This document shows, in pieces, positions 15,808 to 26,589 of a stretch of 64,000 nt of DNA. The first letter of the stretch is position 1, and each line of letters begins with the position of its first letter. The position numbers and the translations under genes are program-made. Below the pieces are notes generated by a model. That model saw only the letters and a list, made by a program, of their open reading frames with translations. It searched no databases and was not told the origin of the DNA. The DNA comes from an uncultured Acidimicrobiaceae bacterium (GTDB taxonomy: Bacteria > Actinomycetota > Acidimicrobiia > Spongiisociales > UBA5794), in contig CAYLVM010000001.1 in the NCBI GenBank assembly GCA_964387145.1, forward strand, positions 52,549-116,548. The letters are read 5' to 3'.

Positions 15808-16712
15808 GGCTTGTACGCTCCCTTGAGTGATCGAATCGATTCGATGTCGTTGTCGTGCAGGTACTTGCGGACTCCCTTGAGGACCTTTGCTGCGATGCGG
15901 GGCCGTGCGAAGTGCGCCGTTCCAATAGCGACGGCGTCGGCTCCAGCCAGGATGAACTCGATCACATGGTCTGCGTGTGAGACGCCGCCGCAGGCGACGA
16001 TCGGTGCGTCCGGTAGATCACGTGCAACCTCGAGTACACAGCGCACGATGATCGGCCGGATCCCCGTCCCCGAGTAGCCGCCGATCAGTCCCGAGAGTGC
16101 AGGACGCCGTGTGGAGATGTCGATGGCCGCACCCATCACGGTGTTCGCTATCACGAGCCAATCCGCCCCTGCGCTCATCGCTGCTTGAGCCACTTCCGAT
16201 ATCGGCATGGCATCTGCGGACAGTTTCGCTCCGATCGGAAGATCGGTCACCGACCGGACTGCCTCGACCACATCGTGGGTGACCTGCGGGTCGAGAGCGA
16301 ACGGCTGCCCATCGAGGTTCGGGCACGACAGGTTGATCTCGATACCGGACACACCGGCTGCGCGCATCTTGACTGCCACCTGTGCAAAGCCGTCGGGGTC
16401 GTGAGCGACGACGCTCCCCCACACCGGGACCGTCATGTCCCTGAACGCGAGAGAGACGTCTTCCAACCAAGCGTCTATGCCCGGATTCTGGATGCCGATG
16501 CCGTTGAGCATCCCCGCGTCGGTGGTCGCCATCCTTGGAGGGACACGGCCGGGCCACGACTCGGGTGCAACCGACTTCGCGGTCACCGCACCGTAGCGCG
16601 ACAGGTCCACCGTGCGCCTGAACTCGACGATGGATCCCAGCGTCCCCGACGCCCCGATGAGCGGTGTGTCGAGGAGGACCGGCCCGAGGGTCACGTTGAG
16701 GGGGTGCATCAC
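15801..16712 (-). CDS. pyrD: Dihydroorotate dehydrogenase, class 1 (catalytic Cys in NLSCPN)
   Basis: GASGTLGS...NGIGIQNPG...[11 protein letters not shown]...[10 protein letters not shown]. No pyrK is adjacent. Confidence 0.9.
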   Translation of the reverse strand: MMHPLNVTLGPVLLDTPLIGASGTLGSIVEFRRTVDLSRYGAVTAKSVAPESWPGRVPPRMATTDAGMLNGIGIQNPGIDAWLEDVSLAFRDMTVPVWGSVVAHDPDGFAQVAVKMRAAGVSGIEINLSCPNLDGQPFALDPQVTHDVVEAVRSVTDLPIGAKLSADAMPISEVAQAAMSAGADWLVIANTVMGAAIDISTRRPALSGLIGGYSGTGIRPIIVRCVLEVARDLPDAPIVACGGVSHADHVIEFILAGADAVAIGTAHFARPRIAAKVLKGVRKYLHDNDIESIRSLKGAYKPW

Positions 16713-19700
16713 CTCAGAACCCTACGATGATGATCCTGCAACGAGGTGACCCTGTTCGGATGTGACCGGGTGGTTTCGACCGATCGTGCAACGGCGAGTC
16801 CGCCCGCTGCGGTCGTCACGGTCGCGATCCCGTGTCGTGTGGCTGCGATGCGGATGAGCCTCCCGTCTCCACGGGCCTTGCCGCCGGCGGGAGTGTTGAT
16901 CACGAGGTCGATCCGTCCCTCTTCGATCAGTCGCACAGGGTCGTACGCCCCATCACCGACCTTGTCCACACGTGTCGAGGGGATCGAACGACGCTCGAGG
17001 TAGTCCGCCGTGCCGTCGGTTGCGAGGATCCTGAACTCGAGATCGTGCAGGATCGATGCGATCTCGGCGCCAAGAGGCTTATCCGCGTCGGCGAACGAGA
17101 GAAAGACTGTCCCCGAGACGGGCACGGTGTGGCCGGCTGCATGCAGAGCGCGAGCGTACGCCTCACCGGGGTTCTCACCGATTCCCATGACCTCGCCGGT
17201 CGCCCGCATCTCCGGTCCAAGCATCGTGTCCTCCCCCGAGAAGCGCGTCCAGGGCAGGACCGCTTCTTTCACCGCGGTGATCTCGAGGTCCGGGGTGGAC
17301 ATGGGAAGTGCTCCGGATTCCTGGAGGTCCGATATTCGTTCTCCCATCATCACCCTCGTCGCGATCTTGGCCAGGGGAACCCCCGTCGCTTTGGAGATGA
17401 AGGGAATGGTACGCGATGCCCGCGGGTTCGCCTCGAGGACGAAGACGTCGTCTCCCTGAACGGCGAACTGGATGTTGATCAGTCCGCACACGGAGAGGCC
17501 TTCGGCAAGGCGTCGCGTGATGTTCGATACCTTGACGATGACGTCGGGCGACAGGTTCGGCGGTGGTACGACGCACGCTGAGTCTCCCGAATGAACCCCC
17601 GCCTCCTCGACGTGTTCCATGATCCCGCCGATGTAGAGATCGACACCGTCGAAGACCGCGTCCACGTCGACTTCGGTCGCAGCTTCGAGGAATCGGTCGA
17701 TGAGTAGCGGGGATCCCGACAGATCGACCTCGCCTCCCGGTGTGGGTCCGTAGAACTCCCCCAGGTAGGTGGAGAGTTCCTCGATCGAGTAGATGATGCG
17801 CATCGCACGGCCGCCGAGCACGTAGGAAGGGCGTACGAGCACCGGCAGGCCGATACGGCCGACGACATCGTGGGCTTCTTCGAGCGACCGCGCGGTGCCG
17901 TTGGGTGGCTGGGGGATGTCCCGCTGGGAGCACAGGGCCGAGAACTGCTCGCGGTCCTCGGCAACGTCGATGGCGTCGGGCTGGGTGCCGGCGATCGGAA
18001 CACCAGCACGTTCGAGCGCCGCGGCGAGTCCGAGGGGCGTCTGACCCCCGAGTTGAACGATGACCGCCCGTGGCTGTTCGATCGCAACGATGCCAAGAAC
18101 GTCCTCTGCCGTGAGAGGCTCGAAGTACAGACGCGTGGAGGTGTCGTAGTCGGTCGAGACGGTCTCAGGGTTGCAGTTGACCATCACCGTGTCGTATCCG
18201 CTCTCCTCGAGGGCGAACGCGGCATGGACGCAGCAGTAGTCGAACTCGATACCCTGCCCGATCCTGTTGGGTCCCGAGCCGAGCACGATCACCGTGTGAT
18301 CCCCCGGTTCGGGTGCCTCCGACTCGTCTTCATACGACGAGTAGAAGTATGGCGTGGCTGCAGGGAACTCCGCCGCACACGTGTCGACGGTCTTGTACGC
18401 GACTTCGATCCCTGCTGAGGAGCGAAGCGATCGCACGGCGTCCTCGTCCATTCCCCAAAGGTACGCGAGTTGCCCGTCGGAGAACCCCCACTGCTTGGCG
18501 TCGCGGATCGAGCCGGCTGATGCGGCTCTCGTCTCGAGTTCGTTGCGGACCGAGACGATCGATGCCATCTGGTCGACGAACCACGCATCGATGTGTGTCG
18601 CCGCGACGATCGCATCGACGCTGACGCCTCGCCGAAGTGCTTCAGCGACCTGGAAGAGTCGTTGGGGTGTCGGCGTGGCGACTGCTTCGATGAGGGCGGC
18701 GTCGGACAGGGAGCGTAGCTGGCGCTCCAGTGGATCTGCGTTGAGACCCATCCGCCCCGTTTCGAGAGAACGCAGCGCCTTCTGGAGTGCCTCGGGGAAC
18801 GTTCGGCCAATCGCCATCGCTTCACCGACGGACTGCATCGAGGTTCCCAGTACCGGGCGAACGGAGGCGAACTTGGCGAAGTCGAACCTCGGAATCTTGA
18901 CGACAACGTAGTCGAGTGCCGGTTCGAAGCATGCTGGCGTTGCCTTGGTGATGTCGTTGGTGATCTCGTCGAGTGTCATACCCACGGCGAGCATGGCCGC
19001 GATCTTGGCGATCGGGAATCCCGTCGCCTTCGACGCAAGAGCGGAGGAGCGTGAGACCCGCGGATTCATCTCGACGATGATTCGCCGCCCCGAGATCGGA
19101 TCGACGGCGAACTGGACGTTGGAGCCGCCGGTCTCGACGCCGACTGCACGCAAGCACGCAATCGCTTCGTCGCGCATCTCCTGGTACTCGCGGTCCGACA
19201 GCGTCATGACAGGCGCGACCGTGATGCTGTCCCCGGTGTGCACCCCCATCGGATCGAGGTTCTCTATCGAACAGACGATCACCGCGTTGTCGGAACGGTC
19301 ACGCATGACTTCCAGTTCGTACTCTTTCCACCCCGCGACGGACTCCTCGACCAGTACCTCAGACACGGGAGAGGCTGCCAGAGCCTCTGTGACCACGTCG
19401 CGGAACTCCCCGGGGGTGTGCGCTAGGCCGGTACCGCCGCCACCGAGTATGAAGCTGGGTCGTACCATCGCCGGCAGGCCGATCTCTTCGAGTGCCCGCT
19501 CCGCTTCTTCGATCGACGTCACATAGCGTGCCTCAAGCGTTTCTATGCCTGCAGCATCCATGATCTCTTTGAACTTCCCTCGATCCTCCGCGGCACGTAT
19601 CGCGTCGATCGATGCACCGATGAGTTCGATCCCGAGGTCATCGAACACGTCGCGCTCTGCGAGTTCCATCGTGACGTTGAGCGCTGTTTGGCCTCCCAGA

Positions 19701-19966
19701 GTCGGCAGCACGGCGTCGGGCCTCTCCTTGACCAAGATCGCCTCGACGGTGTCGGCTGCTATCGGTTCGATGTAGGTCGCGTCTGCGAACTCCGGGTCGG
19801 TCATGATCGTTGCCGGATTCGAGTTCACGAGGATGACCCGGTACCCGAGTTCCTTGAGGACCTTGATCGCCTGGGTCCCCGAGTAGTCGAACTCGCATCC
19901 CTGGCCGATGACGATGGGTCCGGAGCCGATGATGAGAATCGAGCGAATATCTTTTCGCTCAGGCAC
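16709..19966 (-). CDS. carB: Carbamoyl-phosphate synthase large subunit
   Basis: [33 protein letters not shown]... with duplicated ATP-grasp halves. The GTG start at 19966 overlaps the carA stop; the track ORF is extended to 20224. Confidence 0.95.
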   Translation of the reverse strand: MPERKDIRSILIIGSGPIVIGQGCEFDYSGTQAIKVLKELGYRVILVNSNPATIMTDPEFADATYIEPIAADTVEAILVKERPDAVLPTLGGQTALNVTMELAERDVFDDLGIELIGASIDAIRAAEDRGKFKEIMDAAGIETLEARYVTSIEEAERALEEIGLPAMVRPSFILGGGGTGLAHTPGEFRDVVTEALAASPVSEVLVEESVAGWKEYELEVMRDRSDNAVIVCSIENLDPMGVHTGDSITVAPVMTLSDREYQEMRDEAIACLRAVGVETGGSNVQFAVDPISGRRIIVEMNPRVSRSSALASKATGFPIAKIAAMLAVGMTLDEITNDITKATPACFEPALDYVVVKIPRFDFAKFASVRPVLGTSMQSVGEAMAIGRTFPEALQKALRSLETGRMGLNADPLERQLRSLSDAALIEAVATPTPQRLFQVAEALRRGVSVDAIVAATHIDAWFVDQMASIVSVRNELETRAASAGSIRDAKQWGFSDGQLAYLWGMDEDAVRSLRSSAGIEVAYKTVDTCAAEFPAATPYFYSSYEDESEAPEPGDHTVIVLGSGPNRIGQGIEFDYCCVHAAFALEESGYDTVMVNCNPETVSTDYDTSTRLYFEPLTAEDVLGIVAIEQPRAVIVQLGGQTPLGLAAALERAGVPIAGTQPDAIDVAEDREQFSALCSQRDIPQPPNGTARSLEEAHDVVGRIGLPVLVRPSYVLGGRAMRIIYSIEELSTYLGEFYGPTPGGEVDLSGSPLLIDRFLEAATEVDVDAVFDGVDLYIGGIMEHVEEAGVHSGDSACVVPPPNLSPDVIVKVSNITRRLAEGLSVCGLINIQFAVQGDDVFVLEANPRASRTIPFISKATGVPLAKIATRVMMGERISDLQESGALPMSTPDLEITAVKEAVLPWTRFSGEDTMLGPEMRATGEVMGIGENPGEAYARALHAAGHTVPVSGTVFLSFADADKPLGAEIASILHDLEFRILATDGTADYLERRSIPSTRVDKVGDGAYDPVRLIEEGRIDLVINTPAGGKARGDGRLIRIAATRHGIATVTTAAGGLAVARSVETTRSHPNRVTSLQDHHRRVLR

Positions 19967-21113
19967 GGGCAGTTCCAACGATCGTAGCGAACCGATCGAA
20001 GAGGATCGATGCGTCGTTCGGGCCGGGGGCAGCCTCAGGGTGGTACTGCACCGAGAAGGCCACGACATCGCGACATGCCAGGCCTTCGTTCGTTCCGTCG
20101 TTGAGGTTCTGATGTGTGCCGTCGACGACTCCGAATGCCGAATCGAGACTGCGAGGAACGGTGTCGGACGTTGCCAGGGTTCCCGTGGGTGGCGGTTCAG
20201 TTCCCGCAAGGGACCAGAGATCAACGGCGAATCCGTGGTTCTGTGACGTGATGTCTATGGTCCCGCTCTCGAGCGAGCGCACCGGATGGTTCCCGCCATG
20301 ATGTCCGAACGGCAACTTGTAGGTTCGGGCACCGAGCGCCAGGGCGAGGAGCTGGTGCCCGAGACAGATGCCGAACAGGGGAACTCTCCCGAGAATCTCG
20401 CGAACTGCACCGATCGGGCCCGAAAGTGGCTCCGGGTCTCCCGGACCGTTGGAAAGGAAGACGCCGTCGGGATCCAGGGCCATGACGTCGGTGGCCGACG
20501 TCCCTGAAGGCACGACGGTGACCGCCAGTCCACGGTCGGTCAAGGCGTTGACGATGGCGCGCTTGATCCCGAAGTCGTACGCGACCACGTGGCCCAGTTC
20601 CGTCCCCTTGGCCGGGCGGTGATAGGCGTGATCGGTTGTGACGCCACTGACGAGGTCGGTGCCCAGTAGCGGCGGGGTGGATGCGGCGATGTCTCGTAGC
20701 TCCGAGACATCGACGTCGGTACCCATCGCTACCGGCATCGCCCCGAACTGCCTGATGCGACGCGTCAGACGACGGGTGTCGATGCCCGATACGGCAACGA
20801 CGTCGTTGGCGATCAGGTAGTCGCTGAGGTTCCCCTGTGATCGCCACGACGATGCCGGTGAGATCGAGCGCATCACGACACCGCGGGCATGGATTCGATC
20901 GGCCTGGTCGTCTTGGTCTGTGACACCGTAGTTGCCGACGTGAGGAACCGTGAACGTGATGACCTGGCCGGCGTATGAGGGGTCGGTGATGATCTCCTGG
21001 TACCCAGACATGGAGGTGTTGAAGACGATCTCGCCCGTGGCGACACCTTCGGCGCCAACGGCGATGCCGTTGAGTACCGTGCCGTCGGCGAGTGCGACGA
21101 CGGCGGGATTCAC
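19959..21113 (-). CDS. carA: Carbamoyl-phosphate synthase small subunit (glutamine amidotransferase)
   Basis: [25 protein letters not shown]...[12 protein letters not shown]. Confidence 0.95.
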   Translation of the reverse strand: MNPAVVALADGTVLNGIAVGAEGVATGEIVFNTSMSGYQEIITDPSYAGQVITFTVPHVGNYGVTDQDDQADRIHARGVVMRSISPASSWRSQGNLSDYLIANDVVAVSGIDTRRLTRRIRQFGAMPVAMGTDVDVSELRDIAASTPPLLGTDLVSGVTTDHAYHRPAKGTELGHVVAYDFGIKRAIVNALTDRGLAVTVVPSGTSATDVMALDPDGVFLSNGPGDPEPLSGPIGAVREILGRVPLFGICLGHQLLALALGARTYKLPFGHHGGNHPVRSLESGTIDITSQNHGFAVDLWSLAGTEPPPTGTLATSDTVPRSLDSAFGVVDGTHQNLNDGTNEGLACRDVVAFSVQYHPEAAPGPNDASILFDRFATIVGTARA

Positions 21114-22378
21114 GAACCTGCCTCGTAGGTGATCCTCCCCGACAGGATCGTCGTGCGCACTCTCCCTGTCCGCTGCGTCCCGAGATACGGCGTGTTCCTC
21201 GATCTGGATCGCGTCGTTTCCGGCGTCCAGGCAGCAACCGGGTCGAAGACGACGAGATGGGCGGGTTGGTCTACCGCCACCGCAAGACCGTGGGCGGGGA
21301 TCTGCCCGATACTCGCCGGTGTGATCGAGAGCGCTTCGAAGAACCGTGACACGTCGTCACCGATGGTCTCGACGGCTACCGATGCCGCCCATTCGAGTCC
21401 GGTCACGCCGTTGGGCGCATGCTCGAACGGCACTTCCTTCTCTCTCGCTGCGTGCGGTGCATGATCTGTGGCAACGATGTCGATGATTCCGCTGCGTAGC
21501 GCCTCAGCCAGAGCGTCACGATCATGCTTGGTGCGAAGCGGTGGCATCATCTTGAAGTCCGGATCGGTCGTCTCGACGTCTGTGTGATCGAAGGTCAGGT
21601 GATGCGGCGTGACCTCACACGTGACTGCAAGTCCATCCTCCTTGGCGGCGGCGATCAACTCGACACCTTTCGCCGTCGAGACGTGCTGGACGTGATAGCG
21701 CACGCCTGTGAGGCGGACGAGTGCCAGATCCCTCGCAATAACGATCTCTTCTGCCTCCGACGGGATCCCGTACATCCCGAGCCGTGACGATACGGCACCT
21801 TCATGCATGAATCCGTGGGCGCTGAGCGTCGAGTCCATGGCGTGCTGGGCAACGACACCTCCAAGGTTGGCGATGTAGTCCATGGCCAGGCGCAGAACCG
21901 CGGCGTCGTCGACCGAGGTCCCGTCGTCTGTGAAGATCCGAACGCCCGCCTCCCACAACTCGTCGATGTGTGCCATGCGCTCGCCGAGGCGCCCCATCGT
22001 GATCGCACCTGCAGGGAAGACGTCTGTGTACCCCACACGACGTGCCCGTTCCGAGACGTAGAACGCGATCTGTGCATTGTCGATTGCAGGAACGGTGTTC
22101 GGCATGGCTACGACGGCCGTGTAGCCACCGGCGGCCGCGGCGGCCGTACCCGTCGCGATGTCCTCCTTCCACTCCTCGCCTGGATCTCGCAGATGTGTGT
22201 GGAGGTCGACGAGGCCGGGACCGACCCAGGCGCCGGAGGCATCGATCATCTGGGATCCTTCGAGGGCGTCGCCCAGTGCAACGACGGAACCATCTGCAAT
22301 GCCAACGTCGGTCTGTTCGATACCCGTACGTGTGAGGACGGATCCTCCAGAAATCACGATGTCAAACATCGGAGTCAC
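21110..22378 (-). CDS. pyrC: Dihydroorotase
   Basis: [13 protein letters not shown]...DHAPH... are the amidohydrolase motifs. Confidence 0.93.
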   Translation of the reverse strand: MTPMFDIVISGGSVLTRTGIEQTDVGIADGSVVALGDALEGSQMIDASGAWVGPGLVDLHTHLRDPGEEWKEDIATGTAAAAAGGYTAVVAMPNTVPAIDNAQIAFYVSERARRVGYTDVFPAGAITMGRLGERMAHIDELWEAGVRIFTDDGTSVDDAAVLRLAMDYIANLGGVVAQHAMDSTLSAHGFMHEGAVSSRLGMYGIPSEAEEIVIARDLALVRLTGVRYHVQHVSTAKGVELIAAAKEDGLAVTCEVTPHHLTFDHTDVETTDPDFKMMPPLRTKHDRDALAEALRSGIIDIVATDHAPHAAREKEVPFEHAPNGVTGLEWAASVAVETIGDDVSRFFEALSITPASIGQIPAHGLAVAVDQPAHLVVFDPVAAWTPETTRSRSRNTPYLGTQRTGRVRTTILSGRITYEAGS

Positions 22379-23279
22379 CTCCCAAGAGTGAAAAGAGCAC
22401 GGCCATGCGGGCCGCCACGCCGTTGGTCACTTGTTGCAGAACGAGGGCACGCTCGTCGTCGGCGACGTCGTGACCGATCTCGACACCTCTGTTCATCGGG
22501 CCGGGATGCAGGACGATGGCGTCGGGTTTCAACCGGGCGAAGCGTTCGCTCGTCATCCCGTACCGCTTCGTGTACTCAGGGAGTGATGGGAATACAGAGC
22601 CTCCTCCACGCTCGGTCTGGACACGAAGGAGGTACACGACGTCCATCGCTTCCATCACCGCGTCGAGGTCCGTAGTGGTCTCTGCGGGCCACCCCGTCGT
22701 GTCCACGGGGAGGAGTGTCGGCGGTGCGACGAGAGTGACATTCGCGCCGAGCGTCGCCATCGCGAACATGTCCGAGCGTGCAACACGTGAGTGTTTGATG
22801 TCCCCCACGATTGCTATGTCGAGCCCATCGAGGGATCCGAAGCGTTGCTTGATCGTCAGACAATCCAGCAGTGCCTGGGTCGGGTGCTGATGAGCGCCAT
22901 CGCCGCCGTTGACGATCGGGATGTCAAGCCACTCGGCCAGGCGCCACGGCGTCCCCGTCGCACCGTGTCGCACGACCATGAGGTCGACACCCATGGCGTG
23001 TACGGTGAGTGCGGTGTCTTTGAGCGACTCGCCCTTCGACAGCGAGGAAGTCCCAGGCGAGAACGACATCGTGTCTGCGGAGAGAGCCTTGGCTGCCTTC
23101 TCGAAAGACATCCTCGTACGCGTCGATGGTTCGAAGAACATCGTTGCCACCGTCTTTCCCCTCAGCGCCGGCACCTTGGGGATGGGTCGGGTGAGGACTT
23201 CGGCGAACTCATCGGCGTCGGAGATCAGATTCTCGAGCGTCTCCCGCTCGAGGCCTTCGGTCGTGAGGAGATGCTTCAC
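22362..23279 (-). CDS. pyrB: Aspartate carbamoyltransferase catalytic subunit
   Basis: FFEPSTRTR...HPTQALLD...HPGP. Confidence 0.95.
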   Translation of the reverse strand: MKHLLTTEGLERETLENLISDADEFAEVLTRPIPKVPALRGKTVATMFFEPSTRTRMSFEKAAKALSADTMSFSPGTSSLSKGESLKDTALTVHAMGVDLMVVRHGATGTPWRLAEWLDIPIVNGGDGAHQHPTQALLDCLTIKQRFGSLDGLDIAIVGDIKHSRVARSDMFAMATLGANVTLVAPPTLLPVDTTGWPAETTTDLDAVMEAMDVVYLLRVQTERGGGSVFPSLPEYTKRYGMTSERFARLKPDAIVLHPGPMNRGVEIGHDVADDERALVLQQVTNGVAARMAVLFSLLGGDSDV

Positions 23280-23809
23280 GATGTCGCCTCCTTGCCGATC
23301 CAGACCCCGTTGTCACCGTCGATCTCAGAGAAACGGACGGAGACGTGTTCTTCGAGAGATGTCGGGATGTTCTTGCCGACGTAGTCGGCCCGTATGGGGA
23401 GTTCGCGGTGGCCCCGATCGACGATGACCGCCAGTTGGACTGCCGATGGACGGCCGAGGTCGGCGAGCGCGTCGAGCGCGGCGCGAATGGTACGGCCGGT
23501 GAAAAGGACGTCGTCTGCAAGCACGACCGTCTTGCCGTCGAGATCCTCGGGGATGTCTGTCGGACCGATACGGGTTCTGGGTCGTGTGTCGATGTCGTCG
23601 CGGTACATGCCGATGTCGAGGGAACCGGCGATCACTGCCTTGTCTTCGATCTCGCCAAGAGCCGTCGCGAGGCGTTCGGCAAAGGGCCTGCCTCTCGTCG
23701 GGATACCGAGGAGGACCGTTCCTTCGAGACCGTGGTTGCGTTCGACGATCTCGTGTGCGATCCGCCGTGTCACTCGCGTGAGATCATCCCCATCCATCAC
23801 CTGCCGCAT
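23276..23809 (-). CDS. pyrR: Bifunctional pyrimidine operon regulator / uracil phosphoribosyltransferase PyrR
   Basis: [25 protein letters not shown]...[19 protein letters not shown]. The true start ATG at 23809 lies immediately downstream of the attenuator; the track ORF is extended to 23908. Confidence 0.92.
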   Translation of the reverse strand: MRQVMDGDDLTRVTRRIAHEIVERNHGLEGTVLLGIPTRGRPFAERLATALGEIEDKAVIAGSLDIGMYRDDIDTRPRTRIGPTDIPEDLDGKTVVLADDVLFTGRTIRAALDALADLGRPSAVQLAVIVDRGHRELPIRADYVGKNIPTSLEEHVSVRFSEIDGDNGVWIGKEATS

Positions 23810-23833
23810 GAAGGGTCCTTTGCTGTCGTTGGT

Positions 23834-23869
23834 ACAGAAACAGAAAAGCCGCACATCGAGATGTGCGGC
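23834..23869 (-). terminator. Attenuator terminator hairpin (GCCGCACAUC-UCG-GAUGUGCGGC) plus U-tract
   Basis: A 10-bp GC-rich stem and a U-rich tail read on the minus strand. Confidence 0.75.
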
Positions 23870-23914
23870 AGCCGGCGTGTGCTCATGTTCGTTCCTTCTC
23901 GGCCTCACGGGACC
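23834..23914 (-). promoter_or_regulatory. PyrR-dependent transcription attenuator in the pyrR leader
   Basis: The minus-strand RNA reads AACCCGGUCCCGUGAGGCCGAGAAGG, which matches the PyrR box UCCNGNGAGGC. It is followed by the intrinsic terminator GCCGCACAUCUCGAUGUGCGGC plus UUUUCUGUUUCUG, 25 nt before the pyrR AUG. Confidence 0.8.
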
Positions 23915-23939
23915 GGGTTAAAGGGTGCTTGTTGGAGCC

Positions 23940-24070
23940 ACTGTAGTACCGGGATCAGCGAATGGGCAGCGGTCGCTGAGTTGACAGTTCACAGTCGGAA
24001 AGCCTGGCCGTTTCTGGGTGCTTGCGCTTCGCCGGCAAACGGTAAACGGAGAACGGAGAACGACTGCTCC
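23940..24070. repeat. Structured intergenic element E2 (paralog of E1), abutting the nusB stop and upstream of the pyrR attenuator
   Basis: GATCAGCGAATGGGCAGCGGTCGC / TTGACAGTTCACAGTCGGAAAGCCTGG / GGTAAACGGAGAACGGAGAACGACTGCTCC align with E1 at 2018-2134. Confidence 0.7.
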
Positions 24071-24472
24071 TTATCCGCTGGTCTTCTCGGTGTCTGATCG
24101 TCCCGGTTCTTCCTTCGCAACGGCGACCGCTGAAAGGATGCCGTTGACGAACGCGCCACTCTTTGCGGTCGAGAACTCTTTGGCGAGTTCCACGCATTCA
24201 TCGATGACGACGCCGAGCGGCACGTCGGTGAAGAGCAGCTCGAAGGTGCCAAGGCGCAAGATGTTCCGATCGACTGCAGGCATGCGCTCGAGGCGCCATC
24301 TCGTGGAGGCGGCGCCTATCGCTGCGTCGATGACCTCTTTGTTCAGCCAGGCACCTTCTGCAAGTGATGCAGCCCTCGCCGAGACCTTCGTGATGTCAAT
24401 GGCATCCATCGATCTGGCGTCGGCGGCGTAGAGCGCCCCAAGCGCGCCAATCCTCGCTGCGTCGGCCGTCAT
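24071..24472 (-). CDS. nusB: Transcription antitermination factor NusB
   Basis: ...WRLERMPAVDRNILRLGTFELLF... Confidence 0.9.
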   Translation of the reverse strand: MTADAARIGALGALYAADARSMDAIDITKVSARAASLAEGAWLNKEVIDAAIGAASTRWRLERMPAVDRNILRLGTFELLFTDVPLGVVIDECVELAKEFSTAKSGAFVNGILSAVAVAKEEPGRSDTEKTSG

Positions 24473-25029
24473 GTCACGCGCGTGATGTAACCGCCGGTGC
24501 GCGTGTCCACCTTCACGACATCACCCTGCTCGACGAAGAGCGGCGCCTGGATCACACGGCCGGTCGAGAGCGTGACAGGTTTCGTCGCACCCGAGACGCG
24601 GTCTCCTTTGACTCCCGGTTCGGCGAAGGTGACCTCGAGCTCCACCGATGCCGGAAGCTCGATGTCGACGGGAGTTCCTTCGAACATGGCGATCTTGACG
24701 GTCATCCCGTCCGAGAGGAAGTCGGCGTTGTCGCCGACGAGGTCCCCCGACACGTTCATCTGCTCGTAGGTCTCGCCGTCCATGAAGTTGAAGCCCATGT
24801 CGTCCTTGTACAGGAACGTGTAGTCCCCGCGATCGATGCGTGCCTTCGGAAGGTTCTCACCGGCCCGAAACGTCTTGTCGAGAACGGCACCGGTGCGCAC
24901 GTTCTTCAACTTCATGCGTACGAACGCCTTCCCTTTCCCCGGTTTCACGTGCTGGTGATCCACGACCGAGAAGAGGCCTTCTGGCAGGTTCAACGCCATG
25001 CCTGGCCGTACGTCGTTGGTAGAGATCAT
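24469..25029 (-). CDS. efp: Elongation factor P
   Basis: MISTNDVRPGMALNL...KPGKGKAFVRMKLKNVRTG. Confidence 0.95.
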   Translation of the reverse strand: MISTNDVRPGMALNLPEGLFSVVDHQHVKPGKGKAFVRMKLKNVRTGAVLDKTFRAGENLPKARIDRGDYTFLYKDDMGFNFMDGETYEQMNVSGDLVGDNADFLSDGMTVKIAMFEGTPVDIELPASVELEVTFAEPGVKGDRVSGATKPVTLSTGRVIQAPLFVEQGDVVKVDTRTGGYITRVT

Positions 25030-25060
25030 GGCGGAGTCCTCCTGGGCGGGTTCGCGGCGT

Positions 25061-26107
25061 CTACACGAGGTCGATACCTGCGAGGGCGGCACGTACGGTA
25101 GCGTCGTTCGGGTGTATGAGCACAGGCGATCCGAACTCTTCGAGGAGCACCATCCGCAGGCCCTGCGAATCTCGTTTCTTGTCGAGCGCCATCATGGCTC
25201 TCACCGCCTCAGCGTCCGCCTCCGGGGCCGTCAGCGGGAGACCGATCCTCACGAGCACCTCCTGCTGACGGGTGACACCAGCGAAGCCGAGATGGTGGGC
25301 GGCGGCGTGACCGGCTGCGACCATCCCGATCGCGACTGCTTCTCCGTGGGGTCGTCCTGTGGTCGACTCGATGGCGTGTCCCACGGTGTGGCCGTAGTTG
25401 AGGACCGCTCGAGAACCCCGTTCGGTGAAGTCTTCGTTCACGACTGCCACCTTGACCGCAACGGAGCGGTTGACGATGTCCTCCAGGTCGGTGTCGATCC
25501 CGTCCGCCTCGAAGGCCGCGATGATCTCGGTGTCCGCGATGAACCCCGTCTTGATCGCTTCTGCTGCACCGACGATCTTGTGCCGGCGTGGAAGGGCATC
25601 GATGGTATCGATGTCGACGATCACGGCTTCAGGATGTGAGAACACGCCGGCAAGGTTCTTCCCATCGACGTTCACAGCAGTCTTCCCACCGATAGCTGCA
25701 TCGACCGCTGCGAGCAAAGTCGTTGCGACGTACATGGCGGACACGCCACGGAGGTAGGTCCCAGCAATGAAGCCGGTCACGTCGGTGAGCGCTCCCCCAC
25801 CCACACCGATCACGATGTCGTCCCTGGTGAATTTGGCTCCGTTGAGGAAGCGGTAGACGTCTTCGACGATACCGAGCTGTTTCGCCTCCTCACCGTCGGG
25901 CAGGGTGTATCCCGACACTTCGAACCCAGACCTGTGAAGGTCGTTCGCGTAGCGTTCGGCGAGGGCCACCGTCGATGGTTGGCAGAGGACGGCTACCCGG
26001 CGACCGGTACGCCGTGCAAGGAGCTCGGGGAGAACACTCGAGACGCCGTGGCCGACCAGGATCGTCGACACCGGCTCGTCACCTCTCCAGATCACGTGGC
26101 GACGCAT
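25061..26107 (-). CDS. aroB: 3-dehydroquinate synthase
   Basis: GGGALTDVTGFIAGTYLRG...GHTVGHAIE. Confidence 0.92.
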   Translation of the reverse strand: MRRHVIWRGDEPVSTILVGHGVSSVLPELLARRTGRRVAVLCQPSTVALAERYANDLHRSGFEVSGYTLPDGEEAKQLGIVEDVYRFLNGAKFTRDDIVIGVGGGALTDVTGFIAGTYLRGVSAMYVATTLLAAVDAAIGGKTAVNVDGKNLAGVFSHPEAVIVDIDTIDALPRRHKIVGAAEAIKTGFIADTEIIAAFEADGIDTDLEDIVNRSVAVKVAVVNEDFTERGSRAVLNYGHTVGHAIESTTGRPHGEAVAIGMVAAGHAAAHHLGFAGVTRQQEVLVRIGLPLTAPEADAEAVRAMMALDKKRDSQGLRMVLLEEFGSPVLIHPNDATVRAALAGIDLV

Positions 26108-26589
26108 CGGACGACCTCCCTTGCAACCTGGTCCGCATCTCGCGATGTGGTGTCGACGATGATGTCGGCAGCAGCGCTGTAGATCGCTTCGCGTTCGATC
26201 GCTATCCGCTCGAGGTCTTCCTCGCCACGTAGCAGCGGCCGATCCGTGGATTCCCCAGACAGCCGGGCGATGAGCGCGTCGGGTGGCGCGGTGAGGAGGA
26301 CCGTTGTACCCGTCGCGCGCATGGTCGCGAGGTTATCCGGATCGAGGATGGCGCCCCCGCCGGTCGCGACGACACTCGTCTGTCCTTCGGCGATCGTACC
26401 GATCATGGCGGCTTCGATCCGACGAAACGCCGCTTCGCCTTCATCGAACAGTTCGGTGATCGTCTTGCCGGTTTCGGCGACGATCCGCTGGTCGAGGTCG
26501 ATGAATGGGACACGGATCGAAGCAGCGACACGCACGCCCACGGTGGTCTTGCCCGTCCCCATCATGCCGATCAACCAGACGTGCTTCAT
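26092..26589 (-). CDS. aroK: Shikimate kinase
   Basis: MKHVWLIGMMGTGKTTVG. There is an ATGA overlap with the aroC stop. The track ORF 26092..27501 fuses it to an alternate frame of aroC. Confidence 0.92.
   Translation of the reverse strand: MKHVWLIGMMGTGKTTVGVRVAASIRVPFIDLDQRIVAETGKTITELFDEGEAAFRRIEAAMIGTIAEGQTSVVATGGGAILDPDNLATMRATGTTVLLTAPPDALIARLSGESTDRPLLRGEEDLERIAIEREAIYSAAADIIVDTTSRDADQVAREVVRCVAT

Noticed and set aside
20221-21237. 338-aa minus-strand ORF
   Set aside because: It is an alternate frame of carA and is Arg/Pro/Gly-rich.
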